From: Podarcis erhardii | Taxonomy: Eukaryota | DNA: 64,000 nucleotides | NCBI GenBank assembly: GCA_964252035.1 | Contig: OZ176200.1 | Strand: one strand, 5' to 3' | Shown here: piece after piece, positions 61,383-64,000 of the stretch | How positions within the stretch are numbered: the first letter of the stretch is position 1 | How the letters are laid out: every line of letters starts with the position of its first letter | Notes under the pieces: generated by a model | Told to the model about the DNA's origin: nothing | What the model saw: only the letters and a program-made list of their open reading frames with translations | The model's database searches: none | Translations under genes and position numbers: made by a program

Positions 61383-62734
61383 ATTGCATTCTGCTCTTCT
61401 CCAACAAACAATGATCCCTGGAAGACTGTTCCTGCCAGCATTCCACACCCTTGGGCAGTAAATCTAAAACAATATGCAGCATCCTAATAGCCTTCATAAC
61501 TAGAAATTACATAACTTCCCATCTAATCATGCTGCCTTCTAAGGCCAATCTTAGCCATCTATGTGTCCTGGGCAGAAGTTCAGGTCTGCACTCCCATCCC
61601 AAATCCACCATCCCACACACTGATTGCATAGAGTATTCTAAGCAATCCACATTCTATTTATGAACCAGAAAGTTGCTGCTAGGAAGATGAAGCACAGCCT
61701 CATATGATATGAAGTTTAGAGAGGAGCCAAGAAGATGAAATTGCAGCACTCACTAGAGGCCCAGAAACATGGTCTTCAAGTTTCTATCTTGCCAAATAAG
61801 ACAGTGTGGCAACACATAATTTGGGTTCCATTTATAAGAAAAATAGGATAGGGCCCCTGAAGCACAATTCCTTCATTTGCATGTTTGGTACTGGGAATCG
61901 TGGACAAAAGATTGTGTCTTTTTCTTTCCTTTTAGAGTACTGTGAAGCTACCTGAAGTGCAAAAGTATAATTTAAACACCCCTTTGCTTCTACAAGAAAA
62001 AAAAAAAACAACCTCCTGCAAGATACAAGCTCTTATTTGAAAGCTTTCCAACTTTAAATTCCACCGGCTCATGATACTATGTCTTCCGACTGTTGAATTG
62101 CAAAGCTCACAGAGTTCAGTGGGAAATATATAGTCACACATCACTGAGTCGTGTGCCCCCCCCCCAAAAAAAAGATCAAATATATTATAACTCATATAGA
62201 GGAACAACTTTCTGCTACATTATGATGAAAGCAGGGAAAATTTACACCAACATCAATGGATTTGCAAATGCTTGTGCCAAAAGATACTGGTAATACATTA
62301 CAAACAAACAAAGTTCAAGGAGCTAATTCCCTTCCCAGTTAATCAACACAAAGGGTGGGATCCAGTTAGTTCTCTTGGAGTTAGAGAAGGGCCTTAGAGC
62401 CAGTGGAGGTGTCTAAAGTGGGCCTGTCCATACTTTTCACTTGACCTGTATTTTTCTTGGCTTGTGTACTGCTTAATCCCCCCCACGTCTGAGAGCTCTT
62501 TACACTGCTCTGCTTTTGTGCCATTGGTTTCTTGTGAAAATCTGATATTGCCAGATGTGTGGTAACTCCTGGTATCTTGTGGTTCCCTCTAGTGCCTGGT
62601 GGCTCCCTCATTTTGAGAGGTGAAGTTACAGGAAACCAGGCAAAGGGCCTTTTCGGTAGTTGCACCCGCCCTAGAGCTCTGCAGGCAGAGGCAGTCGCCT
62701 CCCACCTCCTTGCTTTTCTTCCATGCTTCTCCAC

Positions 62735-63007
62735 TCTTACTTACCATCCCAGGCCGCCCATCTGAGGCTACATTGTTCTTTCTTTTATCAGATCAAAATG
62801 CTCAGACAATAGCAAAGGTTGCTAGGTTTATTGAAGGTGCAATGTGATTAAGGGCCAATATCTGAACGATAAACTTAGCCATTTGATTGCCCTTTTTACC
62901 CATTGCTGTCTTTTTTTATTTGTATATATTTTATTTGTATATATTGTTTGTTTTATGTTGCTATGGCCGTTGGTTAATGCGAATAAAGTTTATCTTATCT
63001 TATCTTC
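62735..63007 (+). mobile_element. LINE 3' end with (TATCT)n tail, clade uncertain
   Basis: ORF end PGRPSEATLFFLLSDQNAQTIAKVARFIEGAM*, short UTR, AATAAA and ttatcttatcttatctt tail. Confidence 0.7.
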
Positions 63008-63310
63008 TCCAAATGATCAGCTTTCATTAGATTTCCGACCGGTGAACAGCACACATCCAATTCTTGCCTGACTGGAAACCAGGATTCCCTGTCATTTTCC
63101 AAATGACACTATTACCCTCCCCTCCCCATGCTCAAAGCACTATTCTGATTGTGTCACATCACTGCATAATCCTAAAACCTTCCTTTTTTTAAAAAAAAAG
63201 GACCCGGCATCTCCAGAGAATGGAGGAAGGAGGGATAGGGAGGAGGGAGGAGCAGCAATGCCTGGAAGACCAGAGAGTCCATAGCAGCCTCTCTTAACAA
63301 CAGATAGGGA

Positions 63311-63672
63311 GAAGGTAAAGTAAAGGTAAGGGGACCCCTGACCATTAGGTCCAGTTGTGTCCGACTCTGGGGTTGCGGCACTCATCTCACTTTATTGGCC
63401 GAGGGAGCCAGCATACAGCTTCTGTGTCATGTGGCCAGCATGACTAAGCCACTTCTGGCGAACCAGAGCAGCACATGGAAACACAGTTTACCTTCCCGCC
63501 GGAGCGGTACCTATCTATCTGCTTGCCCTTTGACGTGCTTTCGAACTGCTAGGTTGGCAGGAGCAGGGACCGAGCAACAGGAGCTCACACCGTTGCGGGG
63601 ATTTGAACCGCCGACCTTCTGATCGGCAAGTCCTAGGCTCTGTGGTTTAACCCACAGCGCCACCCGTGTCCC
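63311..63672 (-). mobile_element. Sauria SINE (Squam1/POMSINE-like)
   Basis: Same structure as 61005-61382. Confidence 0.92.
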
Positions 63673-64000
63673 TAGGGAGAAGATAGTCAAGAACAAATCC
63701 AGGAAACCCAGTGTGTCCTTAGCAACCCATCTTACTAACAACAAATGCCCTCAGCTCCAGCAAACACGGAGGAAGATACACCCAGAAAAATCAGACTAAG
63801 ATGAACTGAAGAGTGGACAAAGAAACACATGTTTTCTGGAGAGGGTTCCAGGGGGAAAATAGAAAGTGCATGAGTATGGACCCACAAATGGCAAAACAAT
63901 GAAAGTCTGGCATTACCATCCCTAACAGAAAAGGAGGGGGGACATTTTTGCAAATTCTCCCTGCCATACCCAGCACTTCCAAAAAATAAATAAATCATCA

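Overview
Vertebrate nuclear DNA, almost certainly from a squamate reptile and most likely a lacertid lizard (inferred from the repeat complement: Sauria SINEs, a BovB 3' end, a second tRNA-derived SINE with a (CTT)n tail, and squamate-type L2/CR1/L1 ends). The window is intronic or intergenic and dominated by transposable elements. It holds CR1, L2, L1 and RTE fragments, two solo LTRs with exact 5-bp target-site duplications (TSDs), TA-flanked Tigger/pogo-like and Tc2-like MITEs, hAT MITEs, SINEs and microsatellites. No protein-coding gene could be identified with confidence, and there are no rRNA genes, tRNA genes or CRISPR arrays. The long ORFs in the track are LINE ORF2 remnants or artefacts of GC-rich or simple repeats. 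A few small plus-strand exon candidates are listed at low confidence. The most unusual object is a young 1.28-kb ORF-less element at 24094-25377. It has the split-direct-repeat layout A1-X-B1-A2-B2 of Ngaro/PAT-type tyrosine-recombinase retrotransposons and is inserted into a SINE through a TTG core that recurs at its internal junction. Also notable are a recurrent MITE-head/L2-tail chimeric element, a ~650-bp degenerate minisatellite and candidate CTCF sites. Coordinates were counted by eye and may be off by a few bases where no TSD anchors them.
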